This document shows positions 1 to 12,411 of a stretch of 64,000 nucleotides of DNA, piece after piece. The position numbers and the translations under genes are program-made. The notes beneath the pieces were generated by a model that saw nothing but the letters and a program-made list of their open reading frames with translations, did no database searches and had not been told where the DNA came from. The stretch comes from Carcharhinus longimanus (lineage: Eukaryota), in the NCBI GenBank assembly GCA_030264375.1, contig JASCQW010000133.1, forward strand, positions 16,743,584-16,807,583. Direction: 5' to 3'. Position 1 is the stretch's first letter. Every line of letters starts with the position of its first letter.

Positions 1-399
1 TGACTCTGTGGAGCGCCATTGGTTCCCCCACTCCCTCATGTTCATAGCTCTATAAAGGCTATTGGTAATGCACTTCATTTTATGTATGAAATTAAATGAG
101 CAAGTAATGAAGTATGAATAGATCTGCAGGTGCAAGTCTTCTGCAGAGGGCTTCCTTTCAAAACTGTCATGTTATCTTGCAAAGAGCTGTTGAATGTAAT
201 TGATTGGGAGAGCCAATAATAAAGGACAGGATTGTGTATTAAATTATCAGGTTAGTCATTGCTCCAGCTCCTTCAATCATAGGGACTCTCTCTCCTGCTC
301 CTCCAGAGACAGAACTTATGATTGGGCAGGGCAGGAGGAAGGGAACCTGTTGTTGGAGGAGCTGAACAGAAACTCCAGCCATTCCTGTTGGCCACCGTG

Positions 400-650
400 T
401 AGGAGCTTTCCGACTGCACTGATTGATTCATGGTGGAATCTTCTGGGAGGCCACGGGGAAGAAGCAGGAAATGAACTAACAGGAGGAATTTTTACTGGTA
501 ACAAGGCCGGTGTCAACCCAGGCAGCTGTCACCAAGCCAGAAGCCAAGCCTGTCCCAAGTGTCATCCATGCCCACAGCACGAGCCACTCCCAGGGAATTA
601 GAACTTCACTTGAATTGATATTGTGCTACCTTGAGCAAGATAAGTGAATG
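400..650 (+). pseudogene. Possible decayed Harbinger ORF1 (Myb/SANT-like) relic
   Basis: Across a frameshift it reads LL-EATGKKQEM, then SQVSSMPTARATPRE, and ends at a donor-like AAG|ATAAGT. This resembles the LLEAVRRRREVL...W..VA..V...PR pattern of Harbinger Myb proteins. Recalled similarity only. Confidence 0.3.
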
Positions 651-1531
651 CGGTGTCAGTGTAACCAGGGAGGGAGGCAGCAACAAATGAATGAAATCGT
701 CACCTCCCCTCCTCCCCTTTCTCCCTCTTTCTCTTCTACAACCCTCCAACAATGTGACCTGCAAAATGGATCCGGACTTTCTTTTCTATGCAGAACAGGC
801 AGTCGAAATATATAAAACAGAATCTGAAAGGTTTTCTTGCAATCTGGGTTGCAAGTGTGGATTTTTTCCCCTGAATATGAATTTACTATCACCGTATATG
901 TACATATATATATGGAACAATGTACGGACCGTGTTAATGAGACAGTCACCAAAGTCAGTGTTAGCGTCTGCCAAATTCACAATATTGCCCAATGTTGTTA
1001 AAGTAAAGTTTCTTTGATAGTAGCAGTGGGATCGCCCATTAAATGCACAGAAACTAGCACTGCATTAAATCATTCATTTATTTACTGTATTATATTATTC
1101 CTGCTTAATGACCCACATGGCTAGTAAGTTGGACGATACTTGTAATCCGATGCCAACAATATGAGTTATCATTTTATCAGGATCTTTCTATGATTGTTAG
1201 GTGAATTGAGTCATGATCCTTGAAAGTGGGGGAAAAAGCAACATGTATGATTGAAGCTGGGGGGGGGGGGGGGTGGAGGGAGGGGAANNNNNNNNNNNNN
1301 NNNNNNNNNNNNNNNNNNNNNNNNNNNNNNNNNNNNNNNNNNNNNNNNNNNNNNNNNNNNNNNNNNNNNNNNNNNNNNNNNNNNNNNCAAGAGACAAGAG
1401 AAGCAGCAGGGTCCATGATTTCTGTGCCACACCCTCATATCAAGAGAAAAGTTAAAACCAATTGCACACACGATGCAGGAAGATGCAACCTCTGCAATCT
1501 ACAGACATCATGCAGTTTCTAAAGAAGTTAA

Positions 1532-1811
1532 ATTTAAGTTTATGTATTATTATTGTCACAATTAGGCTTGCATTAACACTGCAATGAAGTTACTGTGAAA
1601 ATCCCCTAGTCGCCACACTCTGGCACCTGTTCAAGTACACTGACGGAGAATTTAGCATGGCCAATGCATCTAACCAGTCTTTCTGGACTGTGGGAGAAAA
1701 CTGGAGCACCTGGAGGAAACCCACATAGACACGAGGAGAATGTGTACACTCTGCACAGACAGTGACCCAAGCCAGGAATCAAACCCAGGTCCCTGGCTGC
1801 TGTGAGGCAAC
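1532..1811 (-). mobile_element. HE1-like V-SINE, tail type B, 5'-truncated
   Basis: Reverse complement has the B-box region (GGGTTTGATTCC), the V-domain and the tail GGGGATTTTCACAGTAACTTCATTGCAGTGTTAATG. Confidence 0.9.
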
Positions 1812-2198
1812 ATTACCAAACATGAACCTGCAAAAGACAGCAACATTGTAGGGATCTAACTGCATGAGAAGTGAAGGGTTGATCTTATATTAGTCAATGA
1901 TTTGCTATGCAAGCAAGCCAATTGAGAAAGATTACTGGAACAACTGCAAAATATGTATTTGCTGTATCTATTAAACTACAGCGGTAATTAATATGTTCTG
2001 AGTTAAGATTAAATATGTGGCCAATATGAGACAGATAATTGAGTAAAGTGTTGGATGGAATGTAAAATTCTGTTCTTTATTTTTGTGGGATAATAATTTT
2101 TTTGACAGGAATTTTCAGTGGAAAGAGATTGCGCAAACATATACCATATACTGCACCAGTGGGATGCATTTTAATACTGAAATGCAAATGTTGAATGA

Positions 2199-2485
2199 TG
2201 GGGCAGCACAGTGGTTAACACTGCTGCCTCACAGCGCCAGAGACCCAGGTTCGATTCCTGGCTTGGATCACTGTCTGTGTGGAGTCTGCACATTCTCCCC
2301 ATGTCTGCATGGATTTTCTCTGGATGCTCCAGTTTCCTCCCACAGTCTGAGATTGATTGGCCATGCTAAATTCTCCCTCACTGTACCCAGACAGGCGCTG
2401 GAGTGTGGCAGCTAGGGGATTTTCACAGTAACCTCATTGCAGTGTTATTGTAAGCCTACTTATGACATTAATAAATAAACTTAAA
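2199..2485 (+). mobile_element. HE1-like V-SINE, tail type B
   Basis: tRNA-like head (CAGTGGTTAACACTGCTGCCTCACAGCGCC, B box GGTTCGATTCC), V-domain, tail ending AATAAATAAACTT. Confidence 0.93.
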
Positions 2486-3107
2486 TATAGGCTCCTGAAT
2501 GACTGTCAGCTGCAACCGCACAATGGATTTTACTTTTGTCCTTGGGCGTTCCTTTTATTTTTGTTTTGGTTCTTTTGCTTGAGAACAGTCGCTGATCTAT
2601 AAACAAAATTGTGTTAATGTGTGTCACGTTCCAGGAGTTGATAGCAGAGACAGGGCCAAACACATTGTTGTCAAGTCAAGTGTAACAGGAATGGGTGGAG
2701 CTCCTTAAAGAACAGATTTCAAACAGCTTCAAAGTACATGCATTGCAACAAAAATTATACCACACAACAAGAAAGCATCCAACTTTCTCAACATCAGGGA
2801 CATTCAGAGTCCTCATTCTAAAGGGACTCACCGATGATTAAACAGATGGTTGGCACAGTGCTGTGAATCTGGAATTATATAGAGAGACTAAAGCTAAAAA
2901 TGGATATCAACCCATATAGACAGTGCTGACAAGTGTATGTTAAGAAGTCAGATGCAAAGGTCAGTGTGTCACACAGGGCTTTTCATCCATACTGCATGTT
3001 GTTACATAGCATGGTCCATGATGTTTTAACATCTCACACTGGTAAAAGGCACTCAATGTAAACATGAACATGATCTCTGGAAATAAGCACAGTAGCAAAT
3101 GAAGTTG

Positions 3108-3306
3108 TTTTTTAAATTCTTCCATGACATGTGAATGTCGTTGGCAATGCCAACAATTCTCACTTATGCCTAATTGTCATTTAGAAGGTATTGGTGAGCC
3201 AACTTCTTAAACCATTGTAGTCTATATGGTGTAGGTACAGATACAATGATGTTGGGAAGGGAGTTCCAGGACTTTGACCCAATTATAGTTAAGGAATGGA
3301 GATACA
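3108..3306 (-). mobile_element. CR1-clade LINE 3' end
   Basis: T-rich tail followed by LINE ORF2-end-like sequence (GGGAGTTCCAGGACTTTGACCC). It is interrupted at ~3307 and the same LINE resumes near 4210. Confidence 0.75.
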
Positions 3307-4210
3307 GAGCAAAACCTTACCAGAAAATGGCAGAGTGTTGGTTCCGGCGAGGAAGACAGTGGGCGGGATTTTACAGCCTTGCTCGACTGAGGCCAGAAAT
3401 TCCACCTGAGGACAATGGACATTCCCGTTGTCCATCTCTTGCCCACTCCAATTCTGTGGTGGCGGGGGGTGGGGGGGCAGTAAAATTCTGGCAAGTGTGT
3501 TTCTCTCCAGATCCTACTGTCACAAAGAAACAGGTGGGCGTGTTTCACACCGTCATGTAGAGGGACAGGGCCTCAACACACCGGCAAAGCCTGACTGCAC
3601 TGAGATCGGGGTGCCCTTTATGAAGGAAGCCCCACTCAGATCAAAGAATAACTGCCCACTGCCCCCCACTCCACCACAGAGGTCTCAGAGGCTACCATTC
3701 ACTGTTCCCCACCAACCCTGAGTAGAGCTGGCATGCACCCTCAGCAATCAGAGCAGGAATTTTCAACCCCAATCCCACCCCATCCCAAACAGTCAATGCC
3801 TGCAACCCCCCCCTTCCCCCAAGAACATCAGACCCTTTCCACCTGACCCTCCACCCTCACAGTCAGTGTCAACAGCCCCCCCTTCCTCCCTTCCACTGAC
3901 TCATTACCTACACAGTCAGTGTCAGCACCCCCATTTCCCCCTTCCCCCTGACCCACCACCTACNNNNNNNNNNNNNNNNNNNNNNNNNNNNNNNNNNNNN
4001 NNNNNNNNNNNNNNNNNNNNNNNNNNNNNNNNNNNNNNNNNNNNNNNNNNNNNNNNNNNNNNNTGGGAAGGTTTGTTGACGTTGGGTGAGTTATCACAGT
4101 TTCAGGCTGAGCAATGCTGTAAAATACCCACTCTCATTATTGACTACCCCCCCACCACTCCCGAACAGTGGACCCCTTCCTCAAACCCCTGACCACCTCC
4201 CCCCACTCAC
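3307..4210 (+). mobile_element. Non-autonomous Harbinger-like DNA element (C-rich interior, spans a gap)
   Basis: 5' end GAGCAAAACCTTACCAGAAAATGGCAGAG aligns with the 6334 copy GGGCTAAATCTTACCAAAAAAATGGCACAG. The right end is not defined. Confidence 0.6.
3361..3493. mobile_element. ~130-bp MITE with 14-bp TIRs and 3-bp TSD AGT (Harbinger-like)
   Basis: AGT|GGGCGGGATTTTAC ... GTAAAATTCTGGCA|AGT. Related copies lie at 8216, 24276, 24613 and 28708. Confidence 0.8.
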
Positions 4211-5155
4211 GTAGTGTTGGAGGAAGTGATTGTTTAAGGTGGTGGATGGGGTGTTGATCAAGCAGACCACTTTATCCTGGATTGTTTTGAGCTTCTTGAG
4301 TGTCATTGGCAGAGTACCTTTTCAGACAAACAGAGAGTATATAATCTCATTCCTGTGCAGATGGTGGACAGGCTTTGGGAAGTCAAGATGTGTGTTACTC
4401 ATGACAGGATTCCTAGCCTCTGAGCTGCTCTTGCAGCCACGGTACTTTTGTGCCTTGTCCAGTTCAATTTCTATTCAATGGCAATCTTTAAGAAGTTGAT
4501 GACGAGTGATTCAGCAACATAATGCCATTGAATGTCATGGAGATAAAAGCAAAATATTGCGGATGCTGGAATCTGAACAGAAAATGTTGGAAAATCTCAG
4601 CAGGTCTGACAACGTCTGTGGGGAAAGAATAGCGCAAACATTTCAAATCTAGATGATCAAAACATTGGCTCTATTCTCTCCCCACAGATGCTGTCAGAAT
4701 GTTAGGGGAAGATGGTTATTTTGTTTTCTTGTTAGAGATAGTGTTTTCCTGGCACTTGTGTGGCATGAATGTTACTTGTCATTTATAATCCCATGCCTGA
4801 ATGTTGGTTTTGCTGCATATTGACAAGAATTGCAAATACTGCTGAACATCATCAGTGAAAACCCCCAGTTTTGACCTTGTGATTGAGGCAAAGGTCGTTG
4901 ATGAAGGAGCTGAAGATGGTTTGATCTTGGACGATAACCTGAGGAACTCCTGCAAAGATGTCCTGGAGCTGAGATGACTAGCCTCCAGCATCCACAACCA
5001 TCTTTCTTTGTGCTCGCTATGACTCGGACAATGGCGAGTTTTCTGAATTCCTGACTCATTGATTCCCATTGACCTCAATTTTGCCTGGGCTCCATATTGT
5101 ACACAATCAAATGCTGTTTTCATATTCAGGGCAGTCACTCTCTCTTTCACCTCTT
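4210..5155 (-). mobile_element. CR1-clade LINE ORF2 reverse-transcriptase relic (frameshifted)
   Basis: Minus strand reads ERVTALNMKTAFDCV..AQAKLRSMGI (cf. VTALDIKAAFDRV..ALAKLESMGI), then a shifted-frame GVPQG-like segment and GVFTDD (YADD motif position). Confidence 0.88.
4546..4700. mobile_element. Penelope-type palindromic repeat inserted in the CR1 relic
   Basis: Starts AAAGCAAAATATTGCGGATGCTGGAATCTG. Arms TCTGACAACGTCTGTGGGGAAAGAATAG and CTATTCTCTCCCCACAGATGCTGTCAGA are inverted repeats. Related copies lie at 33400, 35928 and 47280. Confidence 0.65.
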
Positions 5156-5279
5156 GTGTTTGGCTTCTCTGAGATCATTGTTCCAATTTTGAAATGTCGC
5201 AATGGCACAGTGCTGGCCCTGGGCTGGCAGCTAGATGGGGCGGCCTCACTGAACTTTGAGGCTAGCCCACCTCCTCTTC

Positions 5280-5832
5280 ATTTTAATATCTGGAATTAAG
5301 AATCTACTAATGACCATGAAACTACTATCAAAAGTAAAGTAAAGTTTGCTTATTAGTCACCATTTACATTCACACTGCAATAAAGTCACTGTAAAAATCC
5401 CCTAGTCTCCAAACTCCAACATCTATTTGCGTACACTAAGGAAGAATTTAGCATGGCCAATCCTGCACATCTTTGGACTGTGGGAGGAAAGCAAACACCC
5501 AGAGGAAACCCATGCAGACACGGGGAAAATGTGCAAACTTCGCACAGACAGTGACCCAAGCTGGGAATTGAACCCTGGCACTGTGAGGCAACAGTGCGAA
5601 CCACTGCACATTTGTCAATTGTTGGAAAAACCCACCTAATGTCCTTTAGGGAAGGAAATCTGCCATCCTTACCTGGTCTGGCTTACATGTGACTCCAGAG
5701 CCACAGTAATGTGGTTGACTCTCAGCTGCCCTCTGAAATGGCCTAGCAAGCCGTTCAGTTCAAGGACAACTAGGGATGGGCAATAGATGGTGGTCAGCCA
5801 CAACACCCATGACCCACAAAGGAATGAAAGAA
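5280..5832 (+). mobile_element. MetaSINE-like SINE, split by a V-SINE insertion
   Basis: Core CTAATGTCCTTTAGGGAAGGAAATCTGCCATCCTTACCTGGTCTGG...GTGACTCCAG and tail AGGGATGGGCAATA. It is homologous to the minus-strand copy at 53183. Confidence 0.75.
5331..5609 (-). mobile_element. HE1-like V-SINE, tail type B
   Basis: Reverse complement has head GTGGTTCGCACTGTTGCCTCACAGTGCC, the V-domain and an (ACTTT)n tail. Confidence 0.9.
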
Positions 5833-6333
5833 ATAATAGGCCCCCTATGCAAATAAAATGTTGCAGAGTTCTTATTCATCCACACAATAGACCAGGAGAG
5901 GATAAATCTGACTAAGCTTTCAGAGGGCCATGGTATGCCCAAACTTCCTTTCACACTGAAACTATTAAACCTCTACTCTATGTCAGTCATTAACATAGAT
6001 CCAGCCCACTCATTTAAAAATAGAGCTCATACCAATTTCTGTACTTTGTTCTGAAAAGCTATAATTCATATTTCTAATGTTTTATGCCAATTAAAAAAAT
6101 TCTCCCCACTGAGGACGAAAAAGTATTTTCTGTGCCTTTGAATTTATCTTGATAAGATGCAAATGTCATTAAACCTGAAACACTTCCAGCACTGTGTTTT
6201 GCTTAAACAAACTACTGTCTACTGTAAAACAATCTTTATATTAAATATAATTCTTGAAGTTACTGATTGGAAAGCCCTGATTGATTTTTTTTAATAAAAG
6301 GCTCAAAACACATTCCAGAGACTTGAGATCAAG

Positions 6334-7080
6334 GGGCTAAATCTTACCAAAAAAATGGCACAGACTGTTGTTTCCAGTGAGAAAATCGGTGTGTTTCACT
6401 CCAGATCTTATGACACTCTGCCAAAAAGAAATGGGGGTGTGCTTCATGCTATCAATGGGGTCAGGCACTTAACCTGCTGGTAAAACTGAGATCAGGGTAC
6501 CATTTTTATAGGGTGCCCCTGATTAGAACCTGAATAAACCTTACACCCAGCCCACTACGGCGGTCTTAGGGACTCCACTCCCCATCCCTGATTAGAGTCG
6601 GCATTTCCCCAGACCCTCTTTCCTGATCATCAGCCCCCCCGATCAGTGGTCCCTTTTTCACCCACCCCTGCTGCCAAGGTCTGAGCTGACACCCATGTTT
6701 ACCATCCACACCCCCCCCACCCCACCCCACCTCACCCCAACAACCATTGCTGGTATCCCCAGCTCCTCCATCCACTCTAAATGAATGCCCCATGAGGCTC
6801 TCCCTAGGGCTCGCCTCTTGGCACAGGTTGGCATTGGTGCCAACCTGGCAATGCCAACCTGTGCCAAGGAATCATGCCAAGGGGCATTGCCAGGCCACAG
6901 TCTGGCCATTCCCTCTCACCTGGGGGCTCTCCTTACCTTTGCACCCCTGGGGAGGTCTCCGTGACAGATAAGTGAACCTGTTGTAAACCTCAGGGGAGTC
7001 AATATCTGGTGAGGGGGCAGGTTAATCATATTAAAATCTATTCAAATCCATGTAAAGCAGGTTCATGCCCATTATGGCAA
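6334..7080 (+). mobile_element. Non-autonomous Harbinger-like element, 3'-truncated
   Basis: TIR-like start GGGCTAAATCTTAC, C-rich interior, and a TGGCA/TGCCA(A)-rich block (6815-6900) like the one in the 14170 element. Confidence 0.6.
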
Positions 7081-7825
7081 ATGTTGCCCAATCATGGAAT
7101 CAAACCTTACGTTGGACATTTTGTTTTGAATTTTTGCAAGCATAACTGAAAACAATTCGACAAGTTGAAAACAATTAACATGACCAGTTAAAACATTTTG
7201 CAATCGATTGTGAATTCTATTATAGTCAAATATTCTTTGTCCATATATCCAAAAACTCTACATTTTTTTGAATGGACCGTAATGTGAGCCAACCCAAACA
7301 TCACTGACCTATTGTGTGGGAAGTCATGACCCAAGCGAACGAGAACCTTGTGGTAAGACTAGTTATTTGTCTGCATTGTAAACAGTCATGCGCTTTTGTC
7401 TTACTTTGTGGTTACTTAATGCCTAATTTAGTACCACTACCAAGGATTTGTAAATTATAGCTAGCCTAGACTCAGGCTATTGTCATTTAAGTAGACTTAG
7501 GCCTACCATATATATGGTCGCTATATCACGTCTGTAAACTGAAACTATCTGAAGAGAGAAACGCTATTGGCCCCAAGGGTTTTGGAAACAGAATTTTCAA
7601 CCTGTCCAAGTAAAGCCAGATATCATATAATCAGCATAATCATGTAATAATGTAATCAGTCTAATTAGTATAATCATAGAATGATTGCAGCTGAGGAAGT
7701 TATTCAGCCCATCAAATCAGAGCAAGCTCTCTAATTTAGTTAGTCCCACTCCACTATCCTTCCCCAGTATTGCTGTAATATTTTCATTTCAGGTGCTTGT
7801 TCAATTTTGGAAGTCTCACGTCAAA

Positions 7826-8118
7826 GACAGCACGGTGGCAGAGTGGTTAGCACTACTGCCTCACTTGCCAAGGGCTTGGGTTCTATCCCTGGCTTAGGTC
7901 GCTGTCTATGCGGAGTCTGAACATTCTCCCAGTGTCTGTCTGGGTTCCCTTCCACAGTCTGAAAGATGTGCTGGTTAGGTGCATTGGCCATGCTAAGTTC
8001 TTCCTCAGTGTACCCAAACAGGTGCCAGAGTGTGGCGCCTAGGGGATTTTCACAGTAACTTCATTGCAGTGTTAATGTAAGCCTACTTGTGACACTAATA
8101 AATAAACATTAAAAAAAA
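7826..8118 (+). mobile_element. HE1-like V-SINE, tail type B
   Basis: Head GCACGGTGGCAGAGTGGTTAGCACT and tail GCAGTGTTAATGTAAGCCTACTTGTGACACTAATAAATAAAC. Confidence 0.93.
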
Positions 8119-8215
8119 GCATTTTCCCTGACTTTCATGCCTGTCATTTATATTTATTTGAGAAGGGGCATGAAAATAAAAGAAAAGATCAACATGCAGG
8201 AATTGCAGTCATTAT

Positions 8216-8343
8216 GGCTGGGATTCTCAGGCCATGCTCACCCCAGAACCAAACAATCCCGTCCGAGGTCAATGGACCTCTGTGCAGTCAACCCTCACAC
8301 CCACTACAATTCCTGTGGCAGCTGGGATAGGAGAATTCCCCCC
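8216..8343. mobile_element. ~130-bp Harbinger-like MITE
   Basis: TAT|GGCTGGGATTCTC ... GGAGAATTCCCCCC|TGT. Interior GAGGTCAATGGAC is shared with the 3361 MITE. Confidence 0.7.
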
Positions 8344-8619
8344 TGTTTGTTTAAACATACCATCTATTATAACTCAATAATAATCCTTTGAGATTGATAT
8401 AATGTCACCATGTTAATTTCCATTGCAAAGTCTCTCGCACATTGTTAATCACGTCAAGTAATTGCAACAGGCGGGCTTCAGCATCTTTTCATTGTTTTCC
8501 ATCAGGCGTTCTTAGCATTGCCCATTCTTTATATTAAACTAACTTTTCATTGAAATACAGAAGCAATTAAAGAGGCATCACCCTCAGACATTACCAATGG
8601 AGGACACATGGACTGCTTT

Positions 8620-8830
8620 ATACTTACAGAGAATTTACAACAGAGAGGCAAGTCATTCAGCCCAACATCAATGTTGTTGTTTATCATTCCCCGGAACTTC
8701 CTGCTTCATCCCAGCCTATTGGTATATCCTTCTATTCCTCTCTCCCTCAGGCATTGATTTGGCTTCCTCTTATGTTTGGCTGTGCTGTTTGCCTCAATCA
8801 CTGCACGTGGTAGCACATTCTACCTTTTGA
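8620..8830 (-). mobile_element. Old CR1 3' fragment
   Basis: CATTCAGCCC stem-loop-like tail, followed by CCTCAATCACTGCACGTGGTAGCACATTC, which resembles a CR1 ORF2 end. Confidence 0.55.
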
Positions 8831-11800
8831 TTAAAGAAATTGAAAGAACTCCTCAGAGGCTGGTGTCCTGTCACCAACCTTCAATTTATTTACATAGTCA
8901 GTAACACTCTAAAACATACTTCCTCTTACAGAGCTTAAACTCGTAATGCCTGTAACCCTGACACGCCACATTATATACACAGACAGGGCTCACTGATTGG
9001 CCAATCCATTACTGCCTTAAACAGAGAGCTCATATTCTAAGAGTCATTACAGAGGTTTTCCCCTGACTCCAGTGTTAAACTTAGCTTGATCAAGTTTTGA
9101 TGGCAGATTAACTATTAAAATAAATTTCATTAAAAATGTACCCCTGTAGTTGTGTGATGTACATTATAAAGAGGTATGTACTATTATAGACAATTTTCTG
9201 GTCCTTTCAACCATTTGGACTCTCAANNNNNNNNNNATGAAAAATATTTCCAGAAGACCACCAGCTATCTGTACTTGTGAAGAACAGATTAAAGACTTGA
9301 TGAGGAAACCACAGAGGGGAAAAATAATAATACATGAGTTGCTTTTGTATTTAGGATAGACTCTGTCTACAACGCTTCCTGCATGTGATTGTCAAAACTA
9401 AAATTTTTTTTGGGGTGTGAATGAGACAATCGGTCTTACTTCAGAGTCCAAGTCCACTTTAACGTCTACCCCTCTCCGTAAACTCCGACACTGATATCAA
9501 CTAAAACTGTCTGAGAGGCAAATCTCCTTCTCTCCCACGTGCATATGCACAAAGTGTGCCATTGCACTTATTCAGACATCTGCTAAACTACAGGATGACT
9601 CACTTTTTCCAGCTTCTCTTCCACCCTTGTGGTGAGGCACCTCTCTCTTGGTTTGCATACTTAAGTTTGAGATCTTGCCACGTGATAAATTATTGACACA
9701 TATCGGTATTCCACTGGCCCTTGGTTCAACAGGTTGCAGCACGGAGCCCGTATTTCCACTTTATACTTTGAGGGAAAAGAATTCCTAGGTGTGGCGTCGT
9801 AGATGCAACGTGAATTTTTAGGATACCTTTCAATGCTCTATAATCAGATGTTGAGAGCTTGCTGGTTAGTTAGTTGAATAAAATTGACAAGTAGCTCATT
9901 CCGAGAGGCATACTTTAACAATCAAGTCTAGAATTTGCCAGATCGAGCTGAACTAGATCAATTAAATCAGAATTTTCTACTCTGTTATTAGTCTGAACTA
10001 TAGGGAACTGTTCTTCCAACCAATAATTTATGAATTTAATCTCAGGCAACATAAAGCAACAATTGAAACTTGTGGTGAAAATATGGCCTGCAAACAATCT
10101 TTGAGGTGCCACTTCAGCATTGATTTATTCCCCAGGATTCAGTGTAATGACGATATTGGCAGCAGACATTGATGCATTGGACCATTGGGCTCCTTAATCA
10201 TCCAGTGGCAAATTTGCTCCACAACTTACTGAGAATATAATTAGAATAGGCTGCGGCGAATATAGCTATGGATCAGAAGGACAATGCACAAAGGAAATAT
10301 CCATTGCAACATCATAGCTACTCAGACTCGGAAATGGTTAGGGCAGATTTTAAATGAGCAGAAACCAGCACGCATTCCATTTGTGGATAGCTTCTTTGCC
10401 TTGAGGACTATTTCCAAATCTGTCTGATTAGTTGATTAGATGGAACAGTGGCCCCTCCTCTTCCTATTGAGGTTGAACGAGCAAAACAGAAAGCAGAGAC
10501 TTTCGGTCTTCAAGCACTCAAGCAACCTGCAATCCCAGCCATATTTCTGATTTATTGCTTGGATTATAATAAGGTGTAAATGGGCAGATTGTGATCACCA
10601 ACTATCATATTCGCAACACATAGGATCAACAATCCAAGTCACAAATAAATCACTTTCAAATGANNNNNNNNNNNNNNNNNNNNNNNNNNNNNNNNNNNNN
10701 NNNNNNNNNNNNNNNNNNNNNNNNNNNNNNNNNNNNNNNNNNNNNNNNNNNNNNNNNNNNNNNAAGTGGAAATCCAATAACACACAGCTTCATGTTTGGA
10801 ATATTAAAGTATCAAAGCTGAATGAATTGCTAATGGAAAATCCTACCAGTTCATAATCCACTGATGATGAGTTTCACATATTTTGTTTTAGCATAAGGTG
10901 TATCTCTGCCCTGGCTTAGTTTTCAGCTAAAGTACCTCGGATTGGGACACATCAGATATATAGCAATTATAAAAAGCACCCAATAGATGAAATACAATTA
11001 TTTATTTGTTTGAAGTACGATTCCTGCAATTGCACCAAATATATTGAGTCTGCCAATTGTAGTGGCATAAATCACACACCTCATAATTTCCAGCAATTTC
11101 TACACTATAATAATGATATGTGCTGTAGGCATGCCATTAAGATGCCACATGTTTTCAACACATACCAGCCCCAGAAAAATAAATGTACAGAAAATTTCTG
11201 GAGAAGAATTTCTAAACAAACAGAAAGAAAACCGAGGAACCAAATAATTTGGAACAACTACTGAAATGTACAATATAGTGAGCATGTTTTTTATAAAGGC
11301 TGCTGGAGGCTGTTCTAAACAGAATCCTTTAGATGAGTTTTCCTGGGATCAGTAGGAGCATGAATGCTTTTCCTGGCTTCATGTAAAAAAAAATCCCACC
11401 CACTCTCAGTCACTTTGCTCTGTTAACTTCCTCCTCACATCCTCCCATAAGATATGCCTGACAATTTGGCTCCATGAAAGAGCTGCCAGGTTGCTGTTCA
11501 CCCACTTTCCCTCCTCAAATGGTGAGCTATCTGCCAGCTTTCCTTTAACATAAGTTTGCCAGTCTGTATTATTCTAAGGACAATCACCAAAACAGGTTAC
11601 ATTTCCCACCAGTGGTGACAGGTGGGTGGTGCTATAATTCCACCCACGGCCCACACCCATTGGCTCTAAAAGCAAAGCTTAATCAAGAAAGCTCACAAAT
11701 TACCAAATCATGGCATTGTTATGACACAGAAGGAGGCCATTGGGCCCATTGTGTCTGCACCAATTTGGCTGTCCAAACTAATAACATAGCTTACTTGCAC

Positions 11801-12411
11801 AAGCAGAGAAAATTAATGATTGCGCAGATTATAACAAATCTCATAATGAGTCAGTGTGTTTTCAATGTCCCAACCTCCTTCCTGAATTCAATAAAAAGTT
11901 TAAAAATATACGCTTGAACTTTGTTATTGTAGCTTATATGACTAACTTTGATGCTTCACCTGATTTACAATTTGTAATGAATCCCTGTTGCGAATGATTT
12001 TGTCTGTAAGCAACATCCTAGTCATTCTGATTTTACAGTGCAAGTAGGTCCAAAATTATTCTGACCTTTTTCTGGATAGACGGAAATGTATATATTAGGT
12101 GTATCATAATATATTTCAGACCCAAAGTTGTGCAATTAAATTGTTATTTCAACTTTTTGATGAACTGCCACTAGAGCCACACATTTTACCAGACTTCCTC
12201 ATTGCTGACAGCTTTGCCTTTCCATTACAACCTTCTTGACCATACAAAGAAATAGATCTTTCAAACTAAACTGTCAAGCTAGTGATTTAGAGCATTACAA
12301 AGAATCTGCAACCTTTCCAGTAATTCACACAGGGAAAGTAATCTGCACTTACATATTTGTATAAGTTACTCGTGCTTGAGGGAGATCTTCTGACATTGCA
12401 GTATTAACGCT

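Noticed and set aside
273-431. Minus-strand 52-aa ORF with a CCACCATG Kozak-like start (MNQSVQSESSY...)
   Set aside because: Short, no recognisable domain or splice structure, and it overlaps a probable transposon relic.
7549-7566. CTGAAGA-GA-GAAAC hammerhead-like core
   Set aside because: There is no room for stem II and no flanking stems.
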